DNA of 64,000 nucleotides, from the NCBI GenBank assembly GCA_021850095.1, contig JAJZRX010000009.1, positions 26 through 64,025 on the forward strand, read 5' to 3'. Position numbers and translations under genes: made by a program. The first letter of the stretch is position 1. Each line of letters begins with the position of its first letter. Below, piece by piece: positions 1-15,152 of the stretch. The DNA comes from Deltaproteobacteria bacterium. Its GTDB lineage: Bacteria; Desulfobacterota; Desulfuromonadia; Geobacterales; Pseudopelobacteraceae. The notes under the pieces were generated by a model. The model searched no databases and was not told where the DNA came from. It saw only the letters and a list, made by a program, of their open reading frames with translations.

Positions 1-562
1 TGGATTCAGAACAGCAAAGAACTTTATTCTCAACCTGTATCACTGCATGGGCAATCTAGACATGCCAACTACTTTGCACAGATTTGTGTGAGGAACCAAA
101 AAGAGAAGGTTTGCCCCTCAATGGTCTCTTGTCACATACAGCCGGGAGGGCGTCATCGAGGATGTCCAGCGTTTCAGAGAATCACCTCAAGCCAAGGAGC
201 AGATCGAAATCCTAAAGCGGTTCCCTAAATCCTGCCAGTTCACTTCTTGGCCTGGACAGTTCGGAACTGTTGAACAACTCACCCAGAAAATACAAGAGAG
301 TATTAGGACCCTTGCGATCGTGGAGTCAAACGAGAACCAAGGCAAAAGGTGGATTCATGTGTAAGGTGCCCGGCCCTAGAGTCTTTTCCACGTCTGGAGG
401 TATAACCCTCCACGTCAATCTACATGGGACAATGGAATTGTTCTCTGGATGGCGCGCCGTCAGAGCTGGAAATATATTGGCCACCTACCTTATTTTCTTC
501 TCTCCTGAACAGATTGAGCAGGTGGAATCTGTTTTTTCGGAGTTTGGAGAGGGGAAAACAAA

Positions 563-586
563 GGGGTCAGCCTTTGACACGAGACA
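563..586. repeat. Left arm of the 24-bp inverted repeat
   Basis: GGGGTCAGCCTTTGACACGAGACA. The reverse complement of 1582-1605 is GGGGTCAGCCCTTGACACGAGACA (1 mismatch). Confidence 0.85.
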
Positions 587-632
587 AATTGGAAAGTATG
601 CTTCCCTCTGACGAACAAAGGAGGTAAGTGTT

Positions 633-1601
633 ACGGCCCGGCCGCTCCGCATCGAATATGAAGGCGCACTTTATCATGTAACCGCCCGCGGCAACGAGCG
701 GGGCAAAGTTTTTTTCAGCAAGGCCGACTACCGGAAATTCAAGGAATACCTTCGTGACGGGCAGACAAAATTCGGCTTTATCCTGCACTGCTATGTCCTC
801 ATGACCAACCACTATCATCTGCTGATCGAGACACCGGAAGGAAATCTCGGCAAGATAATGCACTATCTGAATAGCTCCTACACCACGTACATCAATATCA
901 AACGGAAACGGAGCGGCCATCTGTTCCAAGGAAGATACAAGGCCATCCTAGTCGATAAGGACAGCTACCTTCTCGAATTAAGCAGATACCTGCACCTGAA
1001 TCCGGTTAGGGCAAACATGGTCGAACGTCCGGAAGAATATCTTCACAGCAGTTATACGGCCTACATAGCTATCAATGACGGACTGGTCCGGACAACCGAT
1101 CTGCTCGCCATATTCTCCAAAGACACAGAAACGGCAAAAAAACACTACCGGGCATTTGTAGAAGGCGCCCTGGGAGAAAAACAGGAAAGCCCGCTGAAAA
1201 AAGTATATGGAGGCATGATTCTCGGGAGTGTGCAATTTATCAAGGCGTCACTGGACCGGCTAGGAGAAGAACTTGTTCAGCGCACGGAAACATCTCACAA
1301 AAAGGCGTTACAGTCACCTTGCGATGTTGAAGGGGTACTTACGGTAGCCTGTGCCCATTACGACGTAACGCCGGAGGTCGTATTAAGCGGGCAACGAAAC
1401 GATATCCGGAAGGCTGTTATCTATCTGATGAAAAAGCAGACCGCGGTATCCAATCGGGAGATTGGCGCAGCAGTTGGCGGGATGAGCGGATTTGCCGTTG
1501 CCAAGGCATACCAGAGGCTGACTGCGGACATGGCAAAGGATGCTGCTTTACGGAACGAAATGGCCGGGATGGATGGTGCTATGTCTCGTGTCAAGGGCTG
1601 A
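633..1601 (+). CDS. IS200-like Y1 (HUH) transposase / RAYT-like protein with a C-terminal DnaA-domain-IV-like HTH; canonical start codon missing (ACG at 633; first in-frame ATG is 801)
   Basis: HUH motif NHYHLLIE and Tyr region SRYLHLNPV. The conserved N-terminus ARPLRIEYEGALYHVTARGNE is encoded from 636, upstream of ATG 801. AAGGAGG at 618-624 lies 8 nt before ACG 633. The C-terminal segment (AVIYLMKKQTAVSNREIGAAVG) resembles DnaA_C. Confidence 0.7.
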   Translation, partial: TARPLRIEYEGALYHVTARGNERGKVFFSKADYRKFKEYLRDGQTKFGFILHCYVLMTNHYHLLIETPEGNLGKIMHYLNSSYTTYINIKRKRSGHLFQGRYKAILVDKDSYLLELSRYLHLNPVRANMVERPEEYLHSSYTAYIAINDGLVRTTDLLAIFSKDTETAKKHYRAFVEGALGEKQESPLKKVYGGMILGSVQFIKASLDRLGEELVQRTETSHKKALQSPCDVEGVLTVACAHYDVTPEVVLSGQRNDIRKAVIYLMKKQTAVSNREIGAAVGGMSGFAVAKAYQRLTADMAKDAALRNEMAGMDGAMSRVKG

Positions 1602-1605
1602 CCCC
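1582..1605. repeat. Right arm of the 24-bp inverted repeat (overlaps the transposase stop codon)
   Basis: TGTCTCGTGTCAAGGGCTGACCCC, the complement of 563-586 at 23/24 positions. Confidence 0.85.
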
Positions 1606-1712
1606 TATGGGGTTAACCCTATGGGTTCTGAGGGCTCGTGGGGGCGATCAAAATTGCAGCCCAAACAAAAAATCTGAGTACCTCGCAAGAAGTATTCAGA
1701 TTCAATGGTGAT

Positions 1713-1789
1713 TGGCGCGCCCGGACCGATTCGAACGGCCGACAACCTGGTTCGAAGCCAGGGACTCTATCCAGCTGAGCTACGGGCGC
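1713..1789 (-). tRNA. tRNA-Arg (anticodon TCG)
   Basis: The reverse complement GCGCCCGTAGCTCAGCTGGATAGAGTCCCTGGCTTCGAACCAGGTTGTCGGCCGTTCGAATCGGTCCGGGCGCGCCA folds as a cloverleaf: 7-bp acceptor, CCTGG/CCAGG anticodon stem, loop CTTCGAA, TTCGAAT T-loop, encoded CCA. Confidence 0.9.
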
Positions 1790-1867
1790 ATGTATTTTCG
1801 GGAAATCTACCACAGATGCGGCTTGCTATGAAAGACATTTAAAAAGAAATACTAGCGATCCGGTCCG

Positions 1868-2833
1868 TTACTGGTTGATCTGCTGCTGGTAGCGCTCGAC
1901 AAAACCTGCCACCGAGCGGGCCGTTTCGCTGCTGCTGTCCAACTCCAGGTAGCGGCGCCAGATTACCAGTGCCCGGGAGATGTCGTTCAGATCGAATGCA
2001 TGCACATAGGCGTTGTTGTAAAGGCTTTCCAGGTTCTTCGGATCGGCTTTGAAGGCTCTTTCAAAATTGGCCAGAGCTTTAGTAAAATCGCCGATCTGGC
2101 GATACATGGCGCCTTGGTCATTCAGTACGTCGGTGTCATCGGGCTGCAGCGCCAGAACGCGATCATAGGCTGCGATTGCCTGCTGCGGCAGATCGGCGTC
2201 GAAATAGGCGTTGCCCAGTGAGCGCAGGGTCTCAAGGTTGGCCGGCTCCGCAGCGGCCTTCTTTTCCAGTTCCTGTATCTTCAGCTGCAGTTCGCTGCTG
2301 GTCTGGTCACTCGGCAGGGTTGTTCTTGTGTTGTCCGATTCATGATCCGGTGCCTGGGGCTCTTCTTCCAGCTCCTCATCATCCAGTGCCGGGCAGACCA
2401 TCTCGGCGGTTTTTTCCAGTGTCGAACCGGCTATGATGGCATCCGGCCGCGAATTGCCTTTCAGGCGCTTCAGCCGTGCCCGGGAGGCGTCGAAAATATC
2501 GATCAGCATCAGCACCGCGCTTTTTTCGCTGCAGTCGATTTCATACAATTCCATGTGCGAGCGGTAGTTTTTATCGCCGTAATCAGCTGCCGCGGCTCTT
2601 TGCCCGCTTTCGGAGAAGGGGGTGAAACGGAGCCAGACCGCCAGCCGTCCCAGCGGGGTCAGGCGGATCGAGTCATTGTCGATGGCCACCTGATAGCGGG
2701 CCGTGCTGGTCAGCGGCAGCCATTGAACCGCAGCGGCGGGGTGGGGGAGTACGGCCGCAAGGAAGGTCAGCAGGAATAGGGAACGAATGAAAGTCGCCAT
2801 GGTTTTTTGGATAATCTCGTTTCTGTTCGGCAA
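1868..2833 (-). CDS. Secreted TPR-repeat protein
   Basis: Signal peptide MATFIRSLFLLTFLAAVLPHPAAA (alternative start at 2800), an acidic linker, and C-terminal TPR-like repeats (LGNAYFDADLPQQAIAAYDRVLALQPDD; GAMYRQIGDFTKALANFERAFKADPKN). Confidence 0.7.
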   Translation of the reverse strand: MPNRNEIIQKTMATFIRSLFLLTFLAAVLPHPAAAVQWLPLTSTARYQVAIDNDSIRLTPLGRLAVWLRFTPFSESGQRAAAADYGDKNYRSHMELYEIDCSEKSAVLMLIDIFDASRARLKRLKGNSRPDAIIAGSTLEKTAEMVCPALDDEELEEEPQAPDHESDNTRTTLPSDQTSSELQLKIQELEKKAAAEPANLETLRSLGNAYFDADLPQQAIAAYDRVLALQPDDTDVLNDQGAMYRQIGDFTKALANFERAFKADPKNLESLYNNAYVHAFDLNDISRALVIWRRYLELDSSSETARSVAGFVERYQQQINQ

Positions 2834-2856
2834 TTTAACCCATAAATGAGCGCTGA

Positions 2857-4950
<2,094 letters not shown>

Positions 4951-4951
4951 C

Positions 4952-6961
<2,010 letters not shown>

Positions 6962-7269
6962 GGTGAAGTGTGTGTATCATGGATAACGGTCGCGATGCAA
7001 ACCGGTCCTTCGCAGAGCCTGCACAAGATAGATTAGTTTACGTTAAATGACGTTTTTATCGGCTTGAAATGTTGTTCTATTTAACTTGTAGCTCCGGTGC
7101 AAATATGCTAATAAACCATGCATAAATATTTGTGATCAGAGGCAGATACGTTTATTGGGTTATGGATTTTTCACAATTAGTCGCGGGTTATCCTGGTTGC
7201 CGACTCCTCTCTTTTTCTCATTTTAACGGCGCCATTTCCTCTTAAATCTGGTTAGATTGAGGGCATAAA

Positions 7270-8580
7270 ATGGAAAAACTGTACATCATACCACCTCGCA
7301 CTTCTACTGAAGCCGTCGTTGCTGAAGCCAACCTTACCAAGCCGGAAACTACCAGGAGCATATCCAGGCGATTTTTGGTCAACAAACTTAATTTCCTCAA
7401 TTTTCAAGACCGAACCATTCTGGTTAATCTGATACACAAAAAATACGGCAGCAGCCTGTCCCTGTCTGCAATACCGCAGCCATGCGCTGGAGAACGACTG
7501 GATTGCCTCTGGAGCGAAATTACCGATCCATGGGTGATCAAGTCCCACACCTTTCAGAATCTGTTCATCACCGATGGTAAAAAATGCCTGATCGTTGACC
7601 CGGAACTTATCAGCATTGATGAGAAGGGCATCAGTCTGCTGCTGCCGGAAACCTGCAGCGAATCTGTTTCCCGAAAAACCAAACGTCAGTCAAGCGAAGG
7701 GGTTCAGGTTCAGTTTACGCAGAGCAGCGCCATCTTCAAAGGTACGCTGCTTGACTGCAGTCCGGTCTCGTTCCGTGTTCAGGTGTCATCTCCCAGCGCT
7801 CATGCCTTTCAGTGGATCAATTCCATAGCCCCGGTCAGTCTGCAGCTGCATGTCGGTAATGAATGTCTGTATTCCGGTGAATGCCGGATAATTCGGCAAA
7901 CCTTGAACCAATCCAGCGGGATCTTTGTGCTGGCTCCGATCAATGACCGGATCCAGCGCTACAAACCAAAAGAGTTCCGCAGTACGAGATACGTCCTGGT
8001 TCCTGCTCCCAATGCGGTTTTTACCCATCCTTTTACCGGCCGAACCTTCAATCTTAAAACGATTGATCTTTCCGGTTCCGGTTTTTCGGTGGAGGAGAGT
8101 GCTGCCAACTCGATGTTGTTTGCCGGAATGATACTGCCGGAACTGGAATTGAGTTTTGCGCAAAACTTCCGCATCAAATGCCGTGCTCAAGTCGTCTATC
8201 GCAACACGAATAGTGACGGTGAAAAAGATTGTATAGTGAAATGCGGTCTGGCGATTCTTGACATGACCATGGAAGATCACGTTCTGCTGCTGTCCCTGCT
8301 TCAACGGGCAGGCAATAAAAATTCACATGTTTGTACAAACGTCGACATGGATGCGCTCTGGAACTTCTTTTTTGAAACCGGGTTTATCTATCCTGAAAAA
8401 TATGTTTTTTTCCAGACTAACAAGACGGAGGTCAAGAGGGTTTATGAACTGCTCTACAACCATAATCCGTCAGTGGCGCGCCACTTCATTCATCTGGAAA
8501 AGGGCACTATTCTGGGACATATGTCTATGGTGCGCATGTATGAAAATTCGTGGCTGATTCATCACCATGCTGCCAGCTAA
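7270..8580 (+). CDS. PilZ-like domain protein (two PilZ-like modules plus an unknown C-terminal domain)
   Basis: RKTKR...DCSPVSF and RSTR...DLSGSGFSVEE resemble the PilZ RxxxR / DxSxxG motifs. It ends at a TAA that is in frame with the next ORF. Confidence 0.55.
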   Translation: MEKLYIIPPRTSTEAVVAEANLTKPETTRSISRRFLVNKLNFLNFQDRTILVNLIHKKYGSSLSLSAIPQPCAGERLDCLWSEITDPWVIKSHTFQNLFITDGKKCLIVDPELISIDEKGISLLLPETCSESVSRKTKRQSSEGVQVQFTQSSAIFKGTLLDCSPVSFRVQVSSPSAHAFQWINSIAPVSLQLHVGNECLYSGECRIIRQTLNQSSGIFVLAPINDRIQRYKPKEFRSTRYVLVPAPNAVFTHPFTGRTFNLKTIDLSGSGFSVEESAANSMLFAGMILPELELSFAQNFRIKCRAQVVYRNTNSDGEKDCIVKCGLAILDMTMEDHVLLLSLLQRAGNKNSHVCTNVDMDALWNFFFETGFIYPEKYVFFQTNKTEVKRVYELLYNHNPSVARHFIHLEKGTILGHMSMVRMYENSWLIHHHAAS

Positions 8581-8589
8581 ACCGAGTCC

Positions 8590-9351
8590 ATGAAAGCCGG
8601 CATCATGGTCCTGAAACAGATCAGCTATTACATAAACGATCTTCACCACCTGCACTCGGCCCACCTCAAGCATGTCTTCTGTTATTTCCGCCCGGACAAT
8701 AAATTTCCTAACCGTTTTTTCGGAGGGTTTGCCCGACAGCTTGACGACAAAGCGGGCTGCTCGCTTGACAATTTTGCCTATTACCACTATCGGCGCCTTG
8801 AGGGGGGCGAATCCCGGATGCAGGATTCGTGGGAACTGAAGAAAGTCCAGTCGGTAGATCTTTCCGAATTGAAGAGTTTTTATAATCATGCTTCAGGCGG
8901 TCTCTTGATTGAAGCATTTGATCTGCAGTCAGCGGGAGTGGCGTCAGACGGGTTGGCCGATGAATATCAGCGATTGGGGTTAAAAAAGGAAAAACACTTC
9001 TATTCGTTATACGAAGATGGTGAATTGAAAGCGGTCTTTATAGTCAATGTCACCGATATAGGATTCAATATGACCAACCTGACAAATTGCGCAACGGTGA
9101 TACTATTAGATGACGATACGCCTCCTACGGTCATTGAAACAGCATTGTCGCGTGTTGCCGAGGTTTATGAACACCATGAAATGCCGATTCTGATGTACCC
9201 GGTTTCATACGCTGAAACTCACTCCATCTCTTATGAAAAAATATACACTCTCTGGATTTTGAATCTGGAGTACCTGGACCAGTATTTGAAGTTCTGTTCG
9301 ACTATCTTTGGTGATAAGCACAAGAAACCGGTTACGGGATCAGCACATTAA
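8590..9351 (+). CDS. Hypothetical protein (possibly the C-terminal continuation of the preceding ORF)
   Basis: Same reading frame as 7270-8580, starts 9 nt after its TAA, and has no Shine-Dalgarno sequence. Its stop overlaps the next start (TAATG at 9349-9353). Confidence 0.4.
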   Translation: MKAGIMVLKQISYYINDLHHLHSAHLKHVFCYFRPDNKFPNRFFGGFARQLDDKAGCSLDNFAYYHYRRLEGGESRMQDSWELKKVQSVDLSELKSFYNHASGGLLIEAFDLQSAGVASDGLADEYQRLGLKKEKHFYSLYEDGELKAVFIVNVTDIGFNMTNLTNCATVILLDDDTPPTVIETALSRVAEVYEHHEMPILMYPVSYAETHSISYEKIYTLWILNLEYLDQYLKFCSTIFGDKHKKPVTGSAH

Positions 9352-11636
9352 TGGATACTCCGCTTTACAACAGCAGGATCATTGATGCGTACATCAGGCT
9401 TATAAAAAGCAAGTACACGCACGTGGATATCGCTGAACTGCTGAACTACTCCGATATGAAGGACTACCAGGTAGCCGATCAGGGACACTGGTTTACCCAG
9501 TCCCAAATCAATCTCTTTTATGAAAAACTCGTTCAGCTGACAGGTGAAGAACATATTGCCCGAGAAGCGGGGCGTTTTGCCGCTTCTCCAGAAGCATTGG
9601 GGGCGATGAGGCACTATGTCCTCGGATTGATCGGTCCGGCAAGTACTTTTGAATTAATAAACAAGCTCACAACGAACTTCACAAGGTCCTCCCGCTACGA
9701 ATCCAAAAAAATCTCCTCAAATAAAGTAGAAATAATTGTTACACCCCAGGAAGGAGTGGCTGAAGAAAAATTTCAGTGTGAGAACCGGACCGGTTTTTTT
9801 GAAGCCATTATCCTGATGTTCAACTTCAAAAAGCCTCACATCCATCATTCTGAATGCATCTTTACGGGGGGACAGGTCTGCCGTTATGTAATTACCTGGG
9901 AAAATGCCGTTTCAATGTACTTAAAGAGAATCGGATATTCTGTCACCCTGGTTTTTGTTCTGGCAACCCTTTATCTGCTGCTAACGAAGCATTTCATCCT
10001 GCTGGAAAAACTCATACACCTGTTTATTCCTTTGATTGCTGGTGTGGCACTGGCAGTTATCTGGAGCGAAAAAAAAGAGTTGAAAGCAAGTCTTGAAAAT
10101 ACAATGGCGTCAACGGACAGTTTGGTCGAACAGATTAACAGTAACTACAACAATGCGCAGATGACGAATGAGATTGGCCAGGTATTGGGTCGTTATACCA
10201 ATACTCAGGAAGTGCTTTCAAATGTAAGCCGGATCATGGAGAAAAGACTTAATTATGATCGGGGTCTGATTCTGATTGCCAATCCGGAAGGAACCAAGCT
10301 TGATCTAAAAAGCGGATACGGCTACTCAAACGAACATCTTGGTTTGCTGGATTCGGTTTCGTTCAATCTGGACAATCCTGAATCGAAGGGCATATTTACC
10401 GTTTCCTTTCGGGAACAACGACCTTTCCTGATCAATGATCTGAATGAGATCGAAGAGAATCTTTCTCCCAAAAGCCTCGAATTTGCAAAAAAAGTCGGCA
10501 CCCAGACTTTTATCTGTTGCCCGATTGTCTGTGAAGGGAAATCTGTCGGGCTGTTGGCGGTCGATAACGTCAATACCAAAAAACCGCTGGTTCAGAGTGA
10601 TATCAGTCTGCTGATGGGGATCGCTTCCGTTATAGGAATCAGTCTCAGGAATGCCGATCTTATCGAGTCCAAAGTACGCCAGTTCAACTCGGTTCTGCAG
10701 GTTCTGGCGGCCAGTATTGATGCCCGCGATTCCCTGACGGCCGGCCATTCGGAAATGGTCACCGAATATACGGTCGGTATCTGTAGGGAACTTAATCTTT
10801 CTCCCGATGAATGTGAAACCATCCGCGTGGCGGCCCTGCTTCACGATTACGGCAAAATCGGGGTGCCTGATGCGATTCTGAAAAAAGAGGGTCTGTTAAG
10901 TCCCGAAGAATACGCGATCGTCAAAACCCACGCTTCCAAAACCAGGGAAATCCTGTCCCAGATCAGTTTTGAAGGTATTTACTGCGGCATCCCGGAAATT
11001 GCCGGGGCACACCATGAAAAATTTGATGGAAGCGGCTACCCGGAAGGCCTGAAGGGGAAAGATATCCCCCTGGGGGCAAGAATCATAGCCGTGGCCGATT
11101 ATTTTGAGGCGATCACTGCCAAGCGGCACTACCGTGAACCGATGCGGCTGGAAGATGCATTTCAGGCCGTCTTTGATGAAGGCGGCAGAAGTTTTGACAA
11201 GCTGGTTGTGGATGCTTTCTTAAGTTACTACGCCAGAACCCGTCAATATGTCTCATCGAACGAGGCTGAATTGAGCCGTTTCAGTGATCGCCGCCGGCTC
11301 AGGGTTCCGGCTGCGGTACCGGTGTCCTTCTGGCTGAACGGTAAAATCTGTACTGCCAGCAGTGAAGATTTGAGTATGCGAGGGATCTTTGTCGCCAGTG
11401 AAGAAGCTGTCTCCGAGGGGTGTCCGGTTGATCTGGCTATTACCCTTCCGGATATCGAAACGGTCATAGAGGCCAAAGGGAGAGTCGCCTGGGTAAACTC
11501 GGGCCAGCTTAAAAAAGCAACCATGTCGAATGGATTCGGTGTCGAAATAGTGGAATTCAAGGAGATGGCGGAAAGGATTATGGAGGCTTTTGTGAGTCGC
11601 TGGGCGGAGTATGATTGCCTTCAGGAAAGTGGCTAG
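9351..11636 (+). CDS. Membrane-anchored GAF / HD-GYP c-di-GMP phosphodiesterase with a C-terminal PilZ domain
   Basis: HD-GYP motifs ALLHDYGKIG and HHEKFDGSGYPEGL. A GAF-like region (ICCPIVCEGKSVGLLAVDN), two TM segments, and a C-terminal RRRLR...DLSMRGIFV PilZ signature. Confidence 0.85.
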   Translation: MDTPLYNSRIIDAYIRLIKSKYTHVDIAELLNYSDMKDYQVADQGHWFTQSQINLFYEKLVQLTGEEHIAREAGRFAASPEALGAMRHYVLGLIGPASTFELINKLTTNFTRSSRYESKKISSNKVEIIVTPQEGVAEEKFQCENRTGFFEAIILMFNFKKPHIHHSECIFTGGQVCRYVITWENAVSMYLKRIGYSVTLVFVLATLYLLLTKHFILLEKLIHLFIPLIAGVALAVIWSEKKELKASLENTMASTDSLVEQINSNYNNAQMTNEIGQVLGRYTNTQEVLSNVSRIMEKRLNYDRGLILIANPEGTKLDLKSGYGYSNEHLGLLDSVSFNLDNPESKGIFTVSFREQRPFLINDLNEIEENLSPKSLEFAKKVGTQTFICCPIVCEGKSVGLLAVDNVNTKKPLVQSDISLLMGIASVIGISLRNADLIESKVRQFNSVLQVLAASIDARDSLTAGHSEMVTEYTVGICRELNLSPDECETIRVAALLHDYGKIGVPDAILKKEGLLSPEEYAIVKTHASKTREILSQISFEGIYCGIPEIAGAHHEKFDGSGYPEGLKGKDIPLGARIIAVADYFEAITAKRHYREPMRLEDAFQAVFDEGGRSFDKLVVDAFLSYYARTRQYVSSNEAELSRFSDRRRLRVPAAVPVSFWLNGKICTASSEDLSMRGIFVASEEAVSEGCPVDLAITLPDIETVIEAKGRVAWVNSGQLKKATMSNGFGVEIVEFKEMAERIMEAFVSRWAEYDCLQESG

Positions 11637-11700
11637 CCTTTTATTACCCCTGGTAAAAATCCACCGCCATCTCCCGCAGAAAATCGGTACAGTTTTCTTT

Positions 11701-12534
11701 TCAGGCCAGTGGCTTGCTTCCCCTGCAGCAGATCAGCGGCGTATAGGTGAATCGTCTCGGATCAGCAAAGAAGTTCATAAACTCCTCCCTGAATTCATCA
11801 TAGCCGCCCGGATAGTCATTGAAGCCATAGCCTGAATTGTGGGCCGCTATCTCCACTTTCTTGGTCCAGTTGTAGGCGTCCACCTCGCTCAATTGCCCGT
11901 AAATCAGATGATGCGTGCCGACCTCCACGGCAATGTCATGATAATCAAGGTCGTAGAGGAACGAGTACAGCTTTCTGCCGACATAAGGGTCGAAATCATG
12001 CTTTTGTTCCAGAATTTCCGTGATGCCGTTGATGGCCCGCTCAAGTCTGGCGCTGAGTCCGAAGTGATTCAGGCAGTTATGATCGAGGTCAATCAGACAG
12101 AGAATCCCGCCCGGTCGCAGAAGTTTGCTGATGTTTTTTACGATGTCGCTGCAGCCCGCACGATGGTACTCCAGAACGAAACGAACCCAGACAAAGTCAA
12201 ATTCCCCCGGGCCGACCAGAGGCTCATAAACGTTTCCGCAGACGAATTCAACACCGTTGGAACCGTAATGTTCTGTCGCATACGCAATGCGTTCCGCTGA
12301 TGCATCGAATCCAACCACACTGCCGTCCGGCTGAACCAGTCGCTGCAGATAAGCGGAGGTGATGCCCGATCCGCAGCCGATGTCGGCCACCCGCATGCCC
12401 GGCTTGATGCCTGCCCATTGCGCCTGCCGGGCCAGTCTGCCAAAATCAGTTTTCATATCCAGACGTATGGCTTCATTATCGTGTTCCATGATATAACTGT
12501 GTTGCGTCGGTTTCATGTCACCCTTTCCCGTCAC
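11701..12534 (-). CDS. Class I SAM-dependent methyltransferase
   Basis: Motif I VADIGCGSGITS followed by LRPGGILCLIDLD. Confidence 0.8.
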   Translation of the reverse strand: MTGKGDMKPTQHSYIMEHDNEAIRLDMKTDFGRLARQAQWAGIKPGMRVADIGCGSGITSAYLQRLVQPDGSVVGFDASAERIAYATEHYGSNGVEFVCGNVYEPLVGPGEFDFVWVRFVLEYHRAGCSDIVKNISKLLRPGGILCLIDLDHNCLNHFGLSARLERAINGITEILEQKHDFDPYVGRKLYSFLYDLDYHDIAVEVGTHHLIYGQLSEVDAYNWTKKVEIAAHNSGYGFNDYPGGYDEFREEFMNFFADPRRFTYTPLICCRGSKPLA

Positions 12535-12694
12535 GTAATTATCAGCAGCTGTATTGTACCGGCAGTTCCATCAGTAATTGTCATCTGTTTGACATATACG
12601 GCAAGACAGTGCCCATATCAACAAAGATTAATTGAATCGGACCGAAAATAATGTACTATTTGCCTTACCATAACCGCCTGAACTGGGAGACCAT

Positions 12695-14959
<2,265 letters not shown>

Positions 14960-15152
14960 TATTCAGTGTGGCAAGCTGTAAGCACCTTAAGAGCCGTGAG
15001 CCAGTGTTCCCGGTTTTTTTATTGTTCAGAGGTGATGTCATGAAAATTGTATTGTAATAAAACTACATTCTACTATAATAAACCCCGGTAATTTTTTAGC
15101 ATGATCTTCAGTGAAAACTACGCGGCATTAACTCCGGGACAAGGGGGTTACC

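Larger units (their letters stand above)
563..1605 (+). mobile_element. RAYT-like (REP-associated Y1 transposase) unit: one transposase-like gene bracketed by 24-bp inverted repeats
   Basis: Arms 563-586 and 1582-1605 are reverse complements at 23/24 positions and enclose a single HUH/Y1 transposase-like ORF. The unit sits in an AT-richer patch next to tRNA-Arg. Confidence 0.6.

Noticed and set aside
270-627. ORFs 270-611 and 424-627 (+) and 567-929 (-).
   Set aside because: They have no motifs, overlap each other and the transposase repeat arm, and lie in a degraded AT-richer patch.
1601-1626. Tandem CCCTATGGG copies just outside the right repeat arm, considered as possible REP copies.
   Set aside because: There are only two short 9-nt copies around a GGGTTAACCC palindrome, which is too little to call a repeat family from this window alone.
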